From sequence record PZ452602.1: DNA of 64,000 nucleotides. One strand, given 5' to 3'. Below, one piece after another: positions 29,409 through 39,962 of this stretch (its first letter is position 1; every line of letters starts with the position of its first letter). The translations under genes and the position numbers were made by a program. A model generated the notes under the pieces. It did not search any database, was not told the DNA's origin, and saw only the letters and a program-made list of their open reading frames with translations. Source of the stretch: a phage.

Positions 29409-30836
29409 CTAAAATTTTAATTCATTTGCCAAAGCATCTAACTGAGCTCGAGTGGATTCATTTCTTTGATAGCGATTCTGTTCAGCCTGAATCTGTTGTG
29501 AACCTGCTACTTCACTCACTTCGGTTGGAGTAGAATCTTGTTCAATTTCTACCCATTTTTGATTTCCTTTTTGAACACCCATCAAAAACTTATTCCACTT
29601 ATTCTTATCACCATATCGTGATTTGATTTGCTTAATAAGTTGTTGTTCAGCAGCTGCTAACTCCTCGGTTTCAATGACCGCAAGCATAAAATCAGCTGTT
29701 GCTGGAAGACCAGCAGATTCTGCAATATCGCTCATGTTAACATCGGAAGAGTCCCAAGCTTGTTTACCGACCTGTGCTGCAGTCCAAAGAACAGTTTCGG
29801 TTTCAACAGCCAGAGCACGCAATTCCTCTGCGATAGCTTTAACAGTTGTGTAACTATTTTCTGAATAAACTCTAATGCGGCAAGATTTACAAATACCTAG
29901 ATAGTCGACAATAATGATTGTTGGAACAAAATTCTTTTTGAGCTTTAATTCATTTAAAAGTGATCGAAATGTATTAGCGTCTGCTCCACCAGTAGGATAT
30001 TGCTTAACGATTAAACGACCAAGGGTAGATTTCTCACGCCATTTTTCCATTTTTCCTTTATACTCGGCGTAAGAAATATGTCCATCATCAATATCGTCAA
30101 GAGAAACATCGAGCATATTAGCATCAATACGTTTAGCGCAGACTTCTTCTGCCATTTCCATGGAGATATAAAGAACGTTATGACCAAGCTGCAAATAATC
30201 TGCTGCTAATGAACACAATCCTAATGATTTACCAACGTTAACGCCAGCCATTAAAACGTTCAGTGTTCCAGTTTCAGCTCCGCCTTTCGTAATTTTGTTT
30301 AGAATTCTGAGTTTAAATGGAACTTTACGAGCTTTATTCATATAAGATAGCCAGCGTGCTTCGTAGTCATCCATCCAATCATGACCAACGTAGCTATCAA
30401 ATGAAATTGATAATGCTTGACGCATGATGTCAGGAATAGCACCAACATCCGGCATTTTCTTATTTCGTTTTTCCGGAGGAAGCTCAGCATTAGTTTGAAT
30501 TTCGATTATTTTAGACGTAGCATTAAACATCGCCCTTTGCTGAACATATTTTTCTGTTTCTTTTACTAACCAGCTGTGGTCTTCCGGAGAATCAGCTAGT
30601 TTTGAAATAAGTGTTTTTACACCAGAATATTCTGTTTCAGTAAATGAACTATTTTCTAATGCAACATTTAACGCATTAATAGATGGAACGCTATGGTACT
30701 CGTTAACATGAGATTTAATTAATTTGAACGTATTTTTAGCTGGACCACTTTCAAAATATTCTGAATCCATATATGGCCAAACTTTTGAAAAATAAGCTTG
30801 ATCAAATATGAGATGAGAAAGAATAATTTCTACCAC
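29409..30836 (-). CDS. 41: replicative DNA helicase gp41 (DnaB-like)
   Basis: 475 aa as recalled for T4 gp41; Walker A GVNVGKS. Confidence 0.95.
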   Translation of the reverse strand: MVEIILSHLIFDQAYFSKVWPYMDSEYFESGPAKNTFKLIKSHVNEYHSVPSINALNVALENSSFTETEYSGVKTLISKLADSPEDHSWLVKETEKYVQQRAMFNATSKIIEIQTNAELPPEKRNKKMPDVGAIPDIMRQALSISFDSYVGHDWMDDYEARWLSYMNKARKVPFKLRILNKITKGGAETGTLNVLMAGVNVGKSLGLCSLAADYLQLGHNVLYISMEMAEEVCAKRIDANMLDVSLDDIDDGHISYAEYKGKMEKWREKSTLGRLIVKQYPTGGADANTFRSLLNELKLKKNFVPTIIIVDYLGICKSCRIRVYSENSYTTVKAIAEELRALAVETETVLWTAAQVGKQAWDSSDVNMSDIAESAGLPATADFMLAVIETEELAAAEQQLIKQIKSRYGDKNKWNKFLMGVQKGNQKWVEIEQDSTPTEVSEVAGSQQIQAEQNRYQRNESTRAQLDALANELKF

Positions 30837-30845
30837 ACTTACTCC

Positions 30846-31208
30846 TTAAAAGAATTTAAACTTTTTCTTTGACCTTTTATTAAATGCATCTTGTAGTTGC
30901 ATTGTAATACATTTTTCTACATGAGGAGCTAACTCAGCTTTTCTTTCTTGGTCAAGAACAGCAAAGTCCATTACGACTTTTCCATCAACCCAATCTAATT
31001 TTGTCACATACACAATGTGTGTAGAACCATCTTCTAGTTTAATGACAATCTCCTGGATAACATTTTCCATGGCAGATTTAATTATCTTAAGAGATTCATT
31101 AAAAAGACGTTCTTTTCTTTCTTCTTCCCCCTCCGAAGAGGGGGATTCATCGATAATTTCTAGATCTAAATCTAAATCATCTTTATTCATTAAATTCTTC
31201 CATATCAC
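30846..31208 (-). CDS. 40: gp40-position protein (head assembly-associated), acidic N-terminus
   Basis: 120 aa between uvsX and 41. Confidence 0.55.
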   Translation of the reverse strand: MIWKNLMNKDDLDLDLEIIDESPSSEGEEERKERLFNESLKIIKSAMENVIQEIVIKLEDGSTHIVYVTKLDWVDGKVVMDFAVLDQERKAELAPHVEKCITMQLQDAFNKRSKKKFKFF

Positions 31209-32364
31209 TTAACTGCTCGAGGTCAGTTTCTAAATCAGCAGCTGATTTACTTTTACTTTCTGGAGATTTAAATTTTTCAACCTTTGAGTTAATCAATTCA
31301 TCAACTTCAGCTTCAACAATTTCATTACTATCAATAGCACCTAACTGATAAGCACGTTTAATAGCATCTCGGAATGGTTGATGCTTAAATAAAGGACCCC
31401 AGAATGTGACGCAGTTGGTATCTTTTGCACGCCAAGATTTTTCTTCGCGAATCATCTCACCGGTTTCTTCATCAAGAAATTCACGAGCATACCAACCATT
31501 TTTAGGTTTTACCACGAATCCTAATTCTAGAGCCATATCTAACAATCCAGAATAAGGATCGATACCGCCGTCAAATTTAACATCAATAAAGAATTTACTT
31601 TTTTCTTTAACGGTACGAGATTTTTCTACATTTAGAACAAATTGATACCCTTGAAGATCAGAACCATCTTTAATCTGACGTTTACCGATAATGAATACGG
31701 TATCAGCCGAATACATTACGCCTGTACCACCTGTCATCACGGTTTTACTAAACATTTCAATTGTTTCAATTGTATGGTTAACCGCAACGCATGGAATATT
31801 TTTAATGCTAAAGTAAGGAGTAACAATACGGAATAATGACTTCAGTGATTTAGCACGAGTCATATCTGCCACAGATTTTTCATTCAAGGCATCTTCCGTT
31901 TCTTTCTTAGAAGCCATATTACCGATTGAGTCGATGAATACAATGACTTTTTCACCGCGCTCAATAGCTTCAAGCTGGTTCACCATATCAATTTTCAGCT
32001 GTTCAACTGACTGAATCGGCGTATGAATTACTCGTTCCGGGTCAACTCCCATGGATCGCAAATAAGCTGGAGTAATACCAAATTCGCTATCATAGAATAG
32101 ACAAACCGCGTCAGGATATTTGTTCAAATATGCCGCAACCATAGTCAAAGACATATTTGATTTAAAGTGTTTAGAAGGCCCTGCGAAAATAGTTAAACCA
32201 GACTGCATACCGCCATCAATCGCACCAGAAATAGCAATATTAAGCATTGGAATTTTTGTACGAATTACATCCTTTTCATTAAAGAATTTAGATGTAGTCA
32301 GTTCAGCAGTCATTTTAGAAGTGGAAGCTTTAATCAAACGGGATTTTAAATCTGCAATAGACAT
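31183..32364 (-). CDS. uvsX: UvsX recombinase (RecA-like)
   Basis: 393 aa; MSIADLKSRLIKASTSK... and acidic C-terminus SDMEEFNE match T4 UvsX as recalled. Confidence 0.95.
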   Translation of the reverse strand: MSIADLKSRLIKASTSKMTAELTTSKFFNEKDVIRTKIPMLNIAISGAIDGGMQSGLTIFAGPSKHFKSNMSLTMVAAYLNKYPDAVCLFYDSEFGITPAYLRSMGVDPERVIHTPIQSVEQLKIDMVNQLEAIERGEKVIVFIDSIGNMASKKETEDALNEKSVADMTRAKSLKSLFRIVTPYFSIKNIPCVAVNHTIETIEMFSKTVMTGGTGVMYSADTVFIIGKRQIKDGSDLQGYQFVLNVEKSRTVKEKSKFFIDVKFDGGIDPYSGLLDMALELGFVVKPKNGWYAREFLDEETGEMIREEKSWRAKDTNCVTFWGPLFKHQPFRDAIKRAYQLGAIDSNEIVEAEVDELINSKVEKFKSPESKSKSAADLETDLEQLSDMEEFNE

Positions 32365-32441
32365 TCATTTTTTCCATAGGCATCATTATATTTTCCTCAC
32401 TGGTTAAAGATAGAGTAATTATAACATAATAAATTTAGGCA

Positions 32442-33290
32442 TTAATCAACTGCTATTGGATGAATAGCATTAAACTTATGAAATGCTTCTGATTTTTCTT
32501 TACGCGAAACGCACATGCGAAGAACCTTTAATGGCTCGTCTTCTTCACCCAACGATTTTCGTTTTTCAATATTAGAAGTTTTCCAACGAGCTTGCTCTGG
32601 AAACTCTCTATTGATTTGCTCAAGCGCTCTATTATGTTTAGAATTACTACGAATTGAACTACACCCGCCAGGAGCTTGTGCTTTTCCAGATACAACCAGA
32701 TATTTGAACAAGGCCAAATGCGGATAACCTTGATTAATTAAATTGAGAAATGCATACATATCTTCGCACAAATCAATTTTTCCATACCCAATTTGTTCTG
32801 TCGTAAGTTTTCCAAGGTCATACCATGTATTCGTGAATCCATATGAATTTTCACGATAATTACCCCAAGATGAAGTAATTTTAAAAATTGGTAGGCGAGC
32901 ATGACCGTGATAATACCCACAATCCATGGCATCTTCGACGTATTGAATCAATTCATAGAACTGTTCACGAGTCAATTGATTGACTTTATCCACACAACGA
33001 CGATCATCTCTTTTTCGCATTGAACTCATACGAATAGTAGTATCATCGTCAATCATCCAGATTCGTTGACCTGCATACATATCAGTAATTGCTTTACGAG
33101 TACCGGCAATTCCGTTTACATCATCAGGAATAGTTATAATTTTAGCTCTAGACCCATAGGCATCATAATAAGCTTTTTCTTCATGTTCACGCACTACAAT
33201 ATGGGGTTCATAATCAGTCGGAAACATATCAAGGGCAGAAACTGCCCCGACACGCTGATAACTTGGAATTACGAATTGAATCATTTCCAC
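32442..33290 (-). CDS. GT-A-type glycosyltransferase (DxD motif) at the locus occupied by beta-gt in T4; candidate beta-alpha-glucosyltransferase
   Basis: 282 aa; IWMIDDDTTI DxD motif; unlike T4 beta-gt (351 aa) as recalled; between uvsX and 42. Confidence 0.6.
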   Translation of the reverse strand: MEMIQFVIPSYQRVGAVSALDMFPTDYEPHIVVREHEEKAYYDAYGSRAKIITIPDDVNGIAGTRKAITDMYAGQRIWMIDDDTTIRMSSMRKRDDRRCVDKVNQLTREQFYELIQYVEDAMDCGYYHGHARLPIFKITSSWGNYRENSYGFTNTWYDLGKLTTEQIGYGKIDLCEDMYAFLNLINQGYPHLALFKYLVVSGKAQAPGGCSSIRSNSKHNRALEQINREFPEQARWKTSNIEKRKSLGEEDEPLKVLRMCVSRKEKSEAFHKFNAIHPIAVD

Positions 33291-34021
33291 TCACCTTTAT
33301 AGTCTTTTTTCACAATATGAGTTTCGCCAGTATTCCACCAATGATCAACCAAGTAAAAATGACGAGAATATACATGAAGACTTCCGACATTCCATATAAT
33401 AGAACCTGCTTTATACTGACGAGTTGAATCGCCTGCATTCAAATCAGATACTAATTTATCTAATACGTATTTTTGCCATGCATAATCATTACGGAATCCG
33501 AAGACCACGTCATTTGAGCGCATGCTTACTACTGCATTGACTTTCTTATCACGAATCAGGTACTGTACTGTATTAGTACACATGAAATCTGACATACCAT
33601 CTTTATTGTAGTCAAATTGCATGGATGGACGAGTATAAATCATGATACCACGTCGAGAATCAGGATTTTGACCAAGTTCAGCTAAACACATATCATACTG
33701 GGCATAGTTATCTTCTGACCAAATAGCCCAACCATAATTCGAGTTAATTTCGCCTTTAGAAGATGCTACTTGTTGCCAAATCTTCGGTGTTTCACCTGGA
33801 ATATCTTTAACAAACAAACTCTTAGATTTATACCATTCAAGTTCGCGCTGAATGTATTCATCATTAAGAGCGCCAAAAATAAACGGTTCATCTGCTACAA
33901 ATGATGCGCCAATAATTTCAATAGTTTTAACACCGGTTTTATCAACTACGAAATCTTTTTCTTTTAATGCAAGCCCCAAATGAAGACGGATTTCTTCAAC
34001 TGTCATAGAGTCACTAATCAT
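33281..34021 (-). CDS. 42: dCMP hydroxymethylase gp42
   Basis: 246 aa as recalled for T4 gp42; thymidylate-synthase-like fold. Confidence 0.95.
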   Translation of the reverse strand: MISDSMTVEEIRLHLGLALKEKDFVVDKTGVKTIEIIGASFVADEPFIFGALNDEYIQRELEWYKSKSLFVKDIPGETPKIWQQVASSKGEINSNYGWAIWSEDNYAQYDMCLAELGQNPDSRRGIMIYTRPSMQFDYNKDGMSDFMCTNTVQYLIRDKKVNAVVSMRSNDVVFGFRNDYAWQKYVLDKLVSDLNAGDSTRQYKAGSIIWNVGSLHVYSRHFYLVDHWWNTGETHIVKKDYKGEWK

Positions 34022-34174
34022 TTAAACCTCAATTGATACATTCATATTTAACTTGTAACAGTAATAAACCCCAACCTAAAATAATAGTTGGAATCATAAG
34101 AGGAACCGTTACACTATAGTATATACTTATTATAATCATCAAGATTAAAAGCAACACTGCTATAATTTTGCTTT

Positions 34175-34426
34175 TCATTCCTTCTCTCTGATGATAATTA
34201 CCTGATTTGGTTGTGCAGACTTTTTAGTTTCACCCGCAATTGACCAAATAAATGTAATAAACCAACCAATAATTGACCAGTTAAACAGTAAAGATGTGAA
34301 AAAGATTCCTACTGTCGATTTTGACCCACGCATCAAGGCGATAAACCATGGAAGCATGTATATAATAATAGCCAACACACCTGAAACTAAAACCATAAAA
34401 ATTGAACCTGCTACTAAAGTTTCCAT
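34175..34426 (-). CDS. imm: immunity protein Imm (superinfection immunity), membrane protein
   Basis: 83 aa, two TM helices; position between 42 and 43. Confidence 0.85.
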   Translation of the reverse strand: METLVAGSIFMVLVSGVLAIIIYMLPWFIALMRGSKSTVGIFFTSLLFNWSIIGWFITFIWSIAGETKKSAQPNQVIIIREKE

Positions 34427-34433
34427 GTTTTCC

Positions 34434-34814
34434 TCACTTAGTCAAATTTTTTACACATGAATTATAAGAATTCACTACATACTCCATCGGAGCATTTTTA
34501 CCGGTACGCCATTGGTAATTATTAGCCCAATTAGCCCAAATTTCGGCGCAGTAGTTTTCAATTTTTTCTTCGCGTGTAATTACATCAGAATTACGATATG
34601 CTTGAGCAGATTCATCTGGACGAATAGCTTCGTCAAAATTCGCCTGCATTTGTTCTACTGTTTGCTTTGGAGCTTCTTTATAACACTTGACATTAGGATT
34701 ATAAAATTTGCTTGAACAGTTTACAATTTTTCCTACATCAGACTGATTTACTACCGGTCCTTGAGCTACACAACCAGTAAGACCTAATGCAATAACCAAA
34801 ATAGCGATTTTCAT
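34434..34814 (-). CDS. putative lipoprotein (imm.1 position)
   Basis: 126 aa; signal peptide with lipobox LTGC. Confidence 0.6.
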   Translation of the reverse strand: MKIAILVIALGLTGCVAQGPVVNQSDVGKIVNCSSKFYNPNVKCYKEAPKQTVEQMQANFDEAIRPDESAQAYRNSDVITREEKIENYCAEIWANWANNYQWRTGKNAPMEYVVNSYNSCVKNLTK

Positions 34815-34824
34815 AATAATTTCC

Positions 34825-35073
34825 TCAAATGCAAGTAGTAATTACTCCAGTAGTGCTTATGCAGGTATTACCCATTTGCACACCTAAAGATCCATTTGTA
34901 TTCACATGAAGATTATCATCAATTTTAACTGATATTTTACCATTAGTGTGAATAACGGTGCTAGATTCAATCACAGGTTGAGTATCATTTTCAACACTAA
35001 CAAATGGAACTGCTGCGAATGCAACTAAACAAACTGCTAAGCATCCCATAACAATTTTCATTTTATTCTCCAA
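34825..35073 (-). CDS. small secreted/membrane protein
   Basis: 82 aa with N-terminal hydrophobic signal; driven by early promoter. Confidence 0.55.
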   Translation of the reverse strand: MENKMKIVMGCLAVCLVAFAAVPFVSVENDTQPVIESSTVIHTNGKISVKIDDNLHVNTNGSLGVQMGNTCISTTGVITTCI

Positions 35074-35090
35074 ATCCGTATTAGTTGATA

Positions 35091-35130
35091 GTTGTATAGT
35101 ACCATGGAAGAACAGTCTTGTAAACAGTTT
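35091..35130 (-). promoter_or_regulatory. T4-type early promoter (GTTTAC-N18-TACTAT)
   Basis: Minus strand TTTTCACAAAACTGTTTACAAGACTGTTCTTCCATGGTACTAT. Confidence 0.7.
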
Positions 35131-35204
35131 TGTGAAAATTTTTTAGGGAATTCTAAAGGTCCAGAATCATCTGTTTTTCATAAGTATAGATTTATATTAC
35201 TTGT

Positions 35205-35229
35205 ATGAAAAAGGGACCCGGAGGTCCCT
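35205..35229 (-). terminator. terminator hairpin downstream of gene 43 (GGGACC-UCCG-GGUCCC + U-run)
   Basis: + strand gaaaaaGGGACCCGGAGGTCCC; U-run on minus strand. Confidence 0.65.
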
Positions 35230-35241
35230 AGATTTATTCTA

Positions 35242-37938
35242 TCAGCCAAACAGGAAGTCTAACGAAGCTTTTTCTTCATAGTCCATGCCAGCCGATTCAC
35301 ACATACCCGCAAGCGGTTTAACAAACGATTTTTGGAACAAAGTTGAGTAGTCAATCCAAGACAGTACGTCAGAACGAATTTCTTTTGGAAGTTCTGTACC
35401 CGACGGCCAAGCAATGCATTTGTCACCAAATGGATTTCCTTCACGCAATGGAAGAACCATTACTTTATTTCCATCCAAAATTGGAGCTACACCTAAACCG
35501 CTAACAGCTCGACGATAAGTTAGCACACCACGAATATGGAACGGACATTTAAATCCTGGCCAACCTTTATCATCATATTTCGCTATATCGTTCGCAGTTT
35601 TTACTTCAGCAATAACTTTATAGTCAAGTTGACGATATTCTTTCTCGAAGTTCTTGTAATATTCTTGGACAGACTCTTCACCTTCCTGAAGAATACGACG
35701 AATACTTTCTTCGAGAGCTTCTTGGACCGCTTTAGGCGTTGAACTCTGCTGAGTTTCCATACCCATGATTTTTAGATGTGGTTCAGCAAAACGCTTATCT
35801 TCCATATCATAAACGTTCAGAGCATAACGCTTTTTCGCTTTCCAAAATCCACCAACGCCCTTTGAACCAAGTGGAGGGCAAGAAATAGCTTCACGGTCCA
35901 TATGCATCAGATGCTCGCGGTTATTCATATAATCACATAACTCACGATATGCAACATCAATCATAGGTTCCATCTTTTTCTTACCGAATTGATTCATGAA
36001 TTCAACTAAATCGTTCTGCTCTTTGAATCGGTCAAGACCAACTTTTTCAATAACTTTATCTACACAAACATATACTGAATCAGTATCACCTGCTGCAATG
36101 AAATCTTCACCATTAGTTCCGCATACTTTATTCAGATATTCATTAATTTTACGAGCAATCCACTGAATACCGACTTGACCAAAAATTGTGATAGCAGTAG
36201 CATTTCGCAAATCATAGTAACGGAAATGAATATTACCAAGAGCACCGTAAAGACTGTTAATAAGAATTTTACGGTTCAGCTGATTTGTGTTAGCAAGTGT
36301 AGCTGCTTTTTCACATTCCTCAATCAGACTATTGAGAACAGATTCAGTATAATTCGATAGCTCATTTAAGAAATCATCACTGAACTTAACATATCGTTCA
36401 ACTTCTGGTTTAGTTGAACAGGACCCTGCGCCTTTCATAATAATCTTTTTAATAGCTTCGGCATTCATTTCTTCAGCGAACATTTTCTTTTTCCAATCTT
36501 TACGCTGGAAAAATACTTTAGCGATTTCCTTTGGAATGATACCTTCTTGATGCTTATCATACATCCATCCATTCGGAGAACAAGAATATTCATCGCTCGG
36601 TTTAGGAGCTGTTCCTGCGATATATTCATGAATTGGATGAACTTTAAACTGTCCACGAATAGTCTCAGGACTAATGTTAACCTGACGAATAATGCTCGGA
36701 TACAGAGACGTCAAGTCAAAACTCATAATATATCGACGAGCAATTGGTTTAGGTTCAAACACAAATGCACCCGGAAAACTCTGTTTAACGTGTGAACCTT
36801 GCTGAGGAATAACCTTATGTTCACCTTTCAATGAGTTAAAAATAATAGCATCCCAAGTTTTAATAGGACTCATTACACCGGAAAAAGGCATTTTAGCGTA
36901 ATAAGACATACTTAAAACTAGATCGATAAACCCGCGAATTTTATCAATTGCTTGAACTGATTCTACGTCAATGATGTTATAACTAATGTATCGTTGATGA
37001 TTAGTCTCACGAAGTTTATTAATAGGACCATCATACGGTAATTTACCTTTTTTGGTTTCATGCTGAGCAACTGATTCCAAAGAGAATGACGGCAAATTAG
37101 TAAATGCGAATTTCTTATACAAATCTAAATAATCAAGAATAGATACGCCATCAATAGAATAAATTTCTTTGCTGCCGTACATATTTTGAATTAGTTTGGA
37201 TTTTACCCGACCGATTGGAGAGAAACGTTTCATACTGCGTTCACCTAGAATCATTTTAACACGATTCATGATATACGGAACGTCAAACCCCTCAATATTC
37301 CAACCAGTAAAAATAGCAGGTCGTTTCTGTTCCCAGAGATTGATATATTCCATGAGCATATCACGCTCATTATCGAATGGCATATAAATTACTCGGTCAA
37401 GAATTTCTTGAGGAACTTCATCACCACCTTCACAGTCAAGCTTAGCAGCTAACTTTGCATCCCATTTTGATACTGAACCGTACATTGAATTCAAAAGGTC
37501 GAAAACATAAAAACGATCGTCAATTGAATCGTAATGAGTGATAGCATCAATTTCATATTCAGCTTTCATTGGGTCAGGAAATTTATCACCAGTAACCTCA
37601 ATGTCACAGTTAGCTACACGAACAAATTTTCGGTCATAAACAATTTCTGAACCGTATGTATCACTGATATAAGCGAGTTTAAAATCGTTCATACCGAGAG
37701 CTTCGAGACCGATGTCTTCCATTCGTTTCATCCAATCTCGAGCATCTTTCATTGATGGAAATTTTTGAGGAGCGCAGTTTTTACCATAGATGTCTTTGTA
37801 TTTTGACTCTTCCTTACAATGCCTAAACATAGTCGGAAGATATTCTACTTCACGAGTACGTTCCTTTCCGTTTTCATCAATATAACGTTCAACAATGTTA
37901 TTTCCGACTGTTTCAATAGAGATATAAAATTCTTTCAT
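35242..37938 (-). CDS. 43: DNA polymerase gp43 (family B)
   Basis: 898 aa as recalled for T4 gp43; exo motif FDIE region and pol motif DTDS. Confidence 0.97.
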   Translation of the reverse strand: MKEFYISIETVGNNIVERYIDENGKERTREVEYLPTMFRHCKEESKYKDIYGKNCAPQKFPSMKDARDWMKRMEDIGLEALGMNDFKLAYISDTYGSEIVYDRKFVRVANCDIEVTGDKFPDPMKAEYEIDAITHYDSIDDRFYVFDLLNSMYGSVSKWDAKLAAKLDCEGGDEVPQEILDRVIYMPFDNERDMLMEYINLWEQKRPAIFTGWNIEGFDVPYIMNRVKMILGERSMKRFSPIGRVKSKLIQNMYGSKEIYSIDGVSILDYLDLYKKFAFTNLPSFSLESVAQHETKKGKLPYDGPINKLRETNHQRYISYNIIDVESVQAIDKIRGFIDLVLSMSYYAKMPFSGVMSPIKTWDAIIFNSLKGEHKVIPQQGSHVKQSFPGAFVFEPKPIARRYIMSFDLTSLYPSIIRQVNISPETIRGQFKVHPIHEYIAGTAPKPSDEYSCSPNGWMYDKHQEGIIPKEIAKVFFQRKDWKKKMFAEEMNAEAIKKIIMKGAGSCSTKPEVERYVKFSDDFLNELSNYTESVLNSLIEECEKAATLANTNQLNRKILINSLYGALGNIHFRYYDLRNATAITIFGQVGIQWIARKINEYLNKVCGTNGEDFIAAGDTDSVYVCVDKVIEKVGLDRFKEQNDLVEFMNQFGKKKMEPMIDVAYRELCDYMNNREHLMHMDREAISCPPLGSKGVGGFWKAKKRYALNVYDMEDKRFAEPHLKIMGMETQQSSTPKAVQEALEESIRRILQEGEESVQEYYKNFEKEYRQLDYKVIAEVKTANDIAKYDDKGWPGFKCPFHIRGVLTYRRAVSGLGVAPILDGNKVMVLPLREGNPFGDKCIAWPSGTELPKEIRSDVLSWIDYSTLFQKSFVKPLAGMCESAGMDYEEKASLDFLFG

Positions 37939-37996
37939 AGATATTCCTTAGTTTATAGCCCGAGTTATTAGGCTCTTGATATATTATACTCCAAAT

Positions 37997-38014
37997 AAGG
38001 GGCCGAAGCCCCTT
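37997..38014 (-). other. UUCG-tetraloop hairpin in regA-43 intergenic region
   Basis: + strand aaGGGGCCGAAGCCCCtt immediately 3' of regA stop. Confidence 0.55.
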
Positions 38015-38016
38015 GC

Positions 38017-38385
38017 TTAATTACCAATCGTATATTTAGGAACGAGTTTCCATTCATGTTTTTGTTTAAAAGAAATAACTCGGAAGTTATTAGTTAAATC
38101 TTTCATAAAAGTTCTTTGACCAGGAACGATTTCAATCAATCCCCAATCTTCTAACAACCATGCAATCGAATCACGACGAACTTCATCTTCTTCTGTCATT
38201 TCAACTTGACGACCATCCATACGAAGCATTTCTTTAAAATGAACGATATAGTATAGTCCTTTTTTCTGAAGAATATGACAGGACTGATACAGAACTTTAT
38301 CTTTATTATTAGCAATTCCCATACGAGTCAAAGTTTCTTTTACTTTCAGAAAATCTTCAGGTTTTTTAAGAGTAATTTCAATCAT
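38017..38385 (-). CDS. regA: translational repressor RegA
   Basis: 122 aa as recalled for T4 RegA; downstream of 62. Confidence 0.93.
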   Translation of the reverse strand: MIEITLKKPEDFLKVKETLTRMGIANNKDKVLYQSCHILQKKGLYYIVHFKEMLRMDGRQVEMTEEDEVRRDSIAWLLEDWGLIEIVPGQRTFMKDLTNNFRVISFKQKHEWKLVPKYTIGN

Positions 38386-38386
38386 T

Positions 38387-38950
38387 TTACCATTCCAATG
38401 CTAGTTTTTTGAGTTGTTTCTGTTCTTTTACGTTCTTAGTCACTTCTTTCAAAAAATCATCCGTGACTAAACCTTTTAGTTCTTTTAATACTAAAGGAAG
38501 TTTTCCATTTTTAGTAAGAATTGATTTATAGTTAATTGCATCATTTGTATTAACTTGATACCGCTTAGCAAGTAACTTAATAATCAATACTTCGGTGGAA
38601 TCTTCGACCAGTTTTGCCCATTTACCATATCTTTTACCACGAGGAACTGCAGCCATTAGATAATTAAAATGAGCTTCATCACTTAAGCCTGATCCAATTA
38701 AATTCATAGCATATACAGCTGGCATGCACTCTGGAAATTGTGATAATGCATTTTCAACCATGAATTTTGAATAATCTTTTTGAGCAATAGAGCATTTAGT
38801 TTTATTATTAATAGCTCCAATTATTTCAAAAAACTCATTTTCAGCTTTTTCTTTAAAAGAATCAGCAGCGGATTGGACAGCTGTCCAATCTTTTGAATAC
38901 CAAGCAACTTGATGCTCGTTTAATTGAATATCATCTTCAAATAAGCTCAT
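38387..38950 (-). CDS. 62: clamp loader subunit gp62
   Basis: Track ORF trimmed to [10 protein letters not shown]..., giving 187 aa. Confidence 0.9.
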   Translation of the reverse strand: MSLFEDDIQLNEHQVAWYSKDWTAVQSAADSFKEKAENEFFEIIGAINNKTKCSIAQKDYSKFMVENALSQFPECMPAVYAMNLIGSGLSDEAHFNYLMAAVPRGKRYGKWAKLVEDSTEVLIIKLLAKRYQVNTNDAINYKSILTKNGKLPLVLKELKGLVTDDFLKEVTKNVKEQKQLKKLALEW

Positions 38951-38951
38951 A

Positions 38952-39911
38952 TCACTTCCACTGCATTTCACATGCTAATTGAATGAAAAGATAAGCTAAA
39001 TGTAATTCAGTGTTAGCTGCCATACCATGATACTGATTATTTTCACCAACAATTTCGTACATACGAATAATACTTTGTGGAGTTACACGTGAATAGATTT
39101 CTTCGGCAAGTTTACCCACGAACCACGAATAATCGGCTGCATATTTTGGTGCTAAAGCTCTGAGTTGTTTAACATCTTTATTTTTGAGAGACTCAAGAAC
39201 ATCATCAATAGCACCACGATCGTTAGTAACCAGTGATAAAATACCAGCATCCAAAACACCTTTAGATGAATAACTATCGAGCTCGCCAATAGTTTTACGA
39301 AAATCAGGAAAATTCTTTTTAACCAAAGCTGCTACAACTTTCATATCAGCTATAGCAATTCCTTCGTGCTTGCAGATTTCAGTCAATCGACGAATCATCT
39401 GCTTCATCATTTCAATTTTATCTTCATCGGTCGGTTGACCGAATGTAATAACTCGACAGCGTGACTGAAGTGGTTTAATAATACCATCAATATTGTTAGC
39501 AGTAATAATAATACTACAGTTTGAACTATAAGCTTCCATAAAGGAACGAAGATGTCGCTGAGACTCTGCTAACCCTGAGCGGTCAAATTCATCAATAACG
39601 ATTACTTTTTGACGACCATCAAATGAAGCGGCGCTGGCAAAATTAGTCAAAGGACCACGAACGAAATCAATTTTACAATCTGACCCATTCACAAACATCA
39701 TATCAGCATTTACATCATGACACAATGCTTTCGCTACAGTTGTTTTACCTGTTCCTGGAGAAGGAGAATGAAGAATAATATGTGGAATTTTACCTTTACT
39801 TGTAATAGATTTAAAGGTTTCTTTATCAAAGGCGGGAAGAATACATTCATCGATAGTAGATGGACGATATTTCTGTTCAAGAATGTGTTCTTTTTCATTT
39901 ACGGTAATCAT
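38952..39911 (-). CDS. 44: clamp loader ATPase gp44 (AAA+)
   Basis: Track ORF trimmed to MITVNEKEH..., giving 319 aa; Walker [11 protein letters not shown]. Confidence 0.93.
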   Translation of the reverse strand: MITVNEKEHILEQKYRPSTIDECILPAFDKETFKSITSKGKIPHIILHSPSPGTGKTTVAKALCHDVNADMMFVNGSDCKIDFVRGPLTNFASAASFDGRQKVIVIDEFDRSGLAESQRHLRSFMEAYSSNCSIIITANNIDGIIKPLQSRCRVITFGQPTDEDKIEMMKQMIRRLTEICKHEGIAIADMKVVAALVKKNFPDFRKTIGELDSYSSKGVLDAGILSLVTNDRGAIDDVLESLKNKDVKQLRALAPKYAADYSWFVGKLAEEIYSRVTPQSIIRMYEIVGENNQYHGMAANTELHLAYLFIQLACEMQWK

Positions 39912-39942
39912 AATTTCCTCATACAAGTTTTAGTGTAAATTA

Positions 39943-39959
39943 TAAAGGGCCGAAGCCCT
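39943..39959 (-). other. UUCG-tetraloop hairpin between genes 45 and 44
   Basis: + strand AGGGCCGAAGCCCT. Confidence 0.5.
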
Positions 39960-39962
39960 CTA

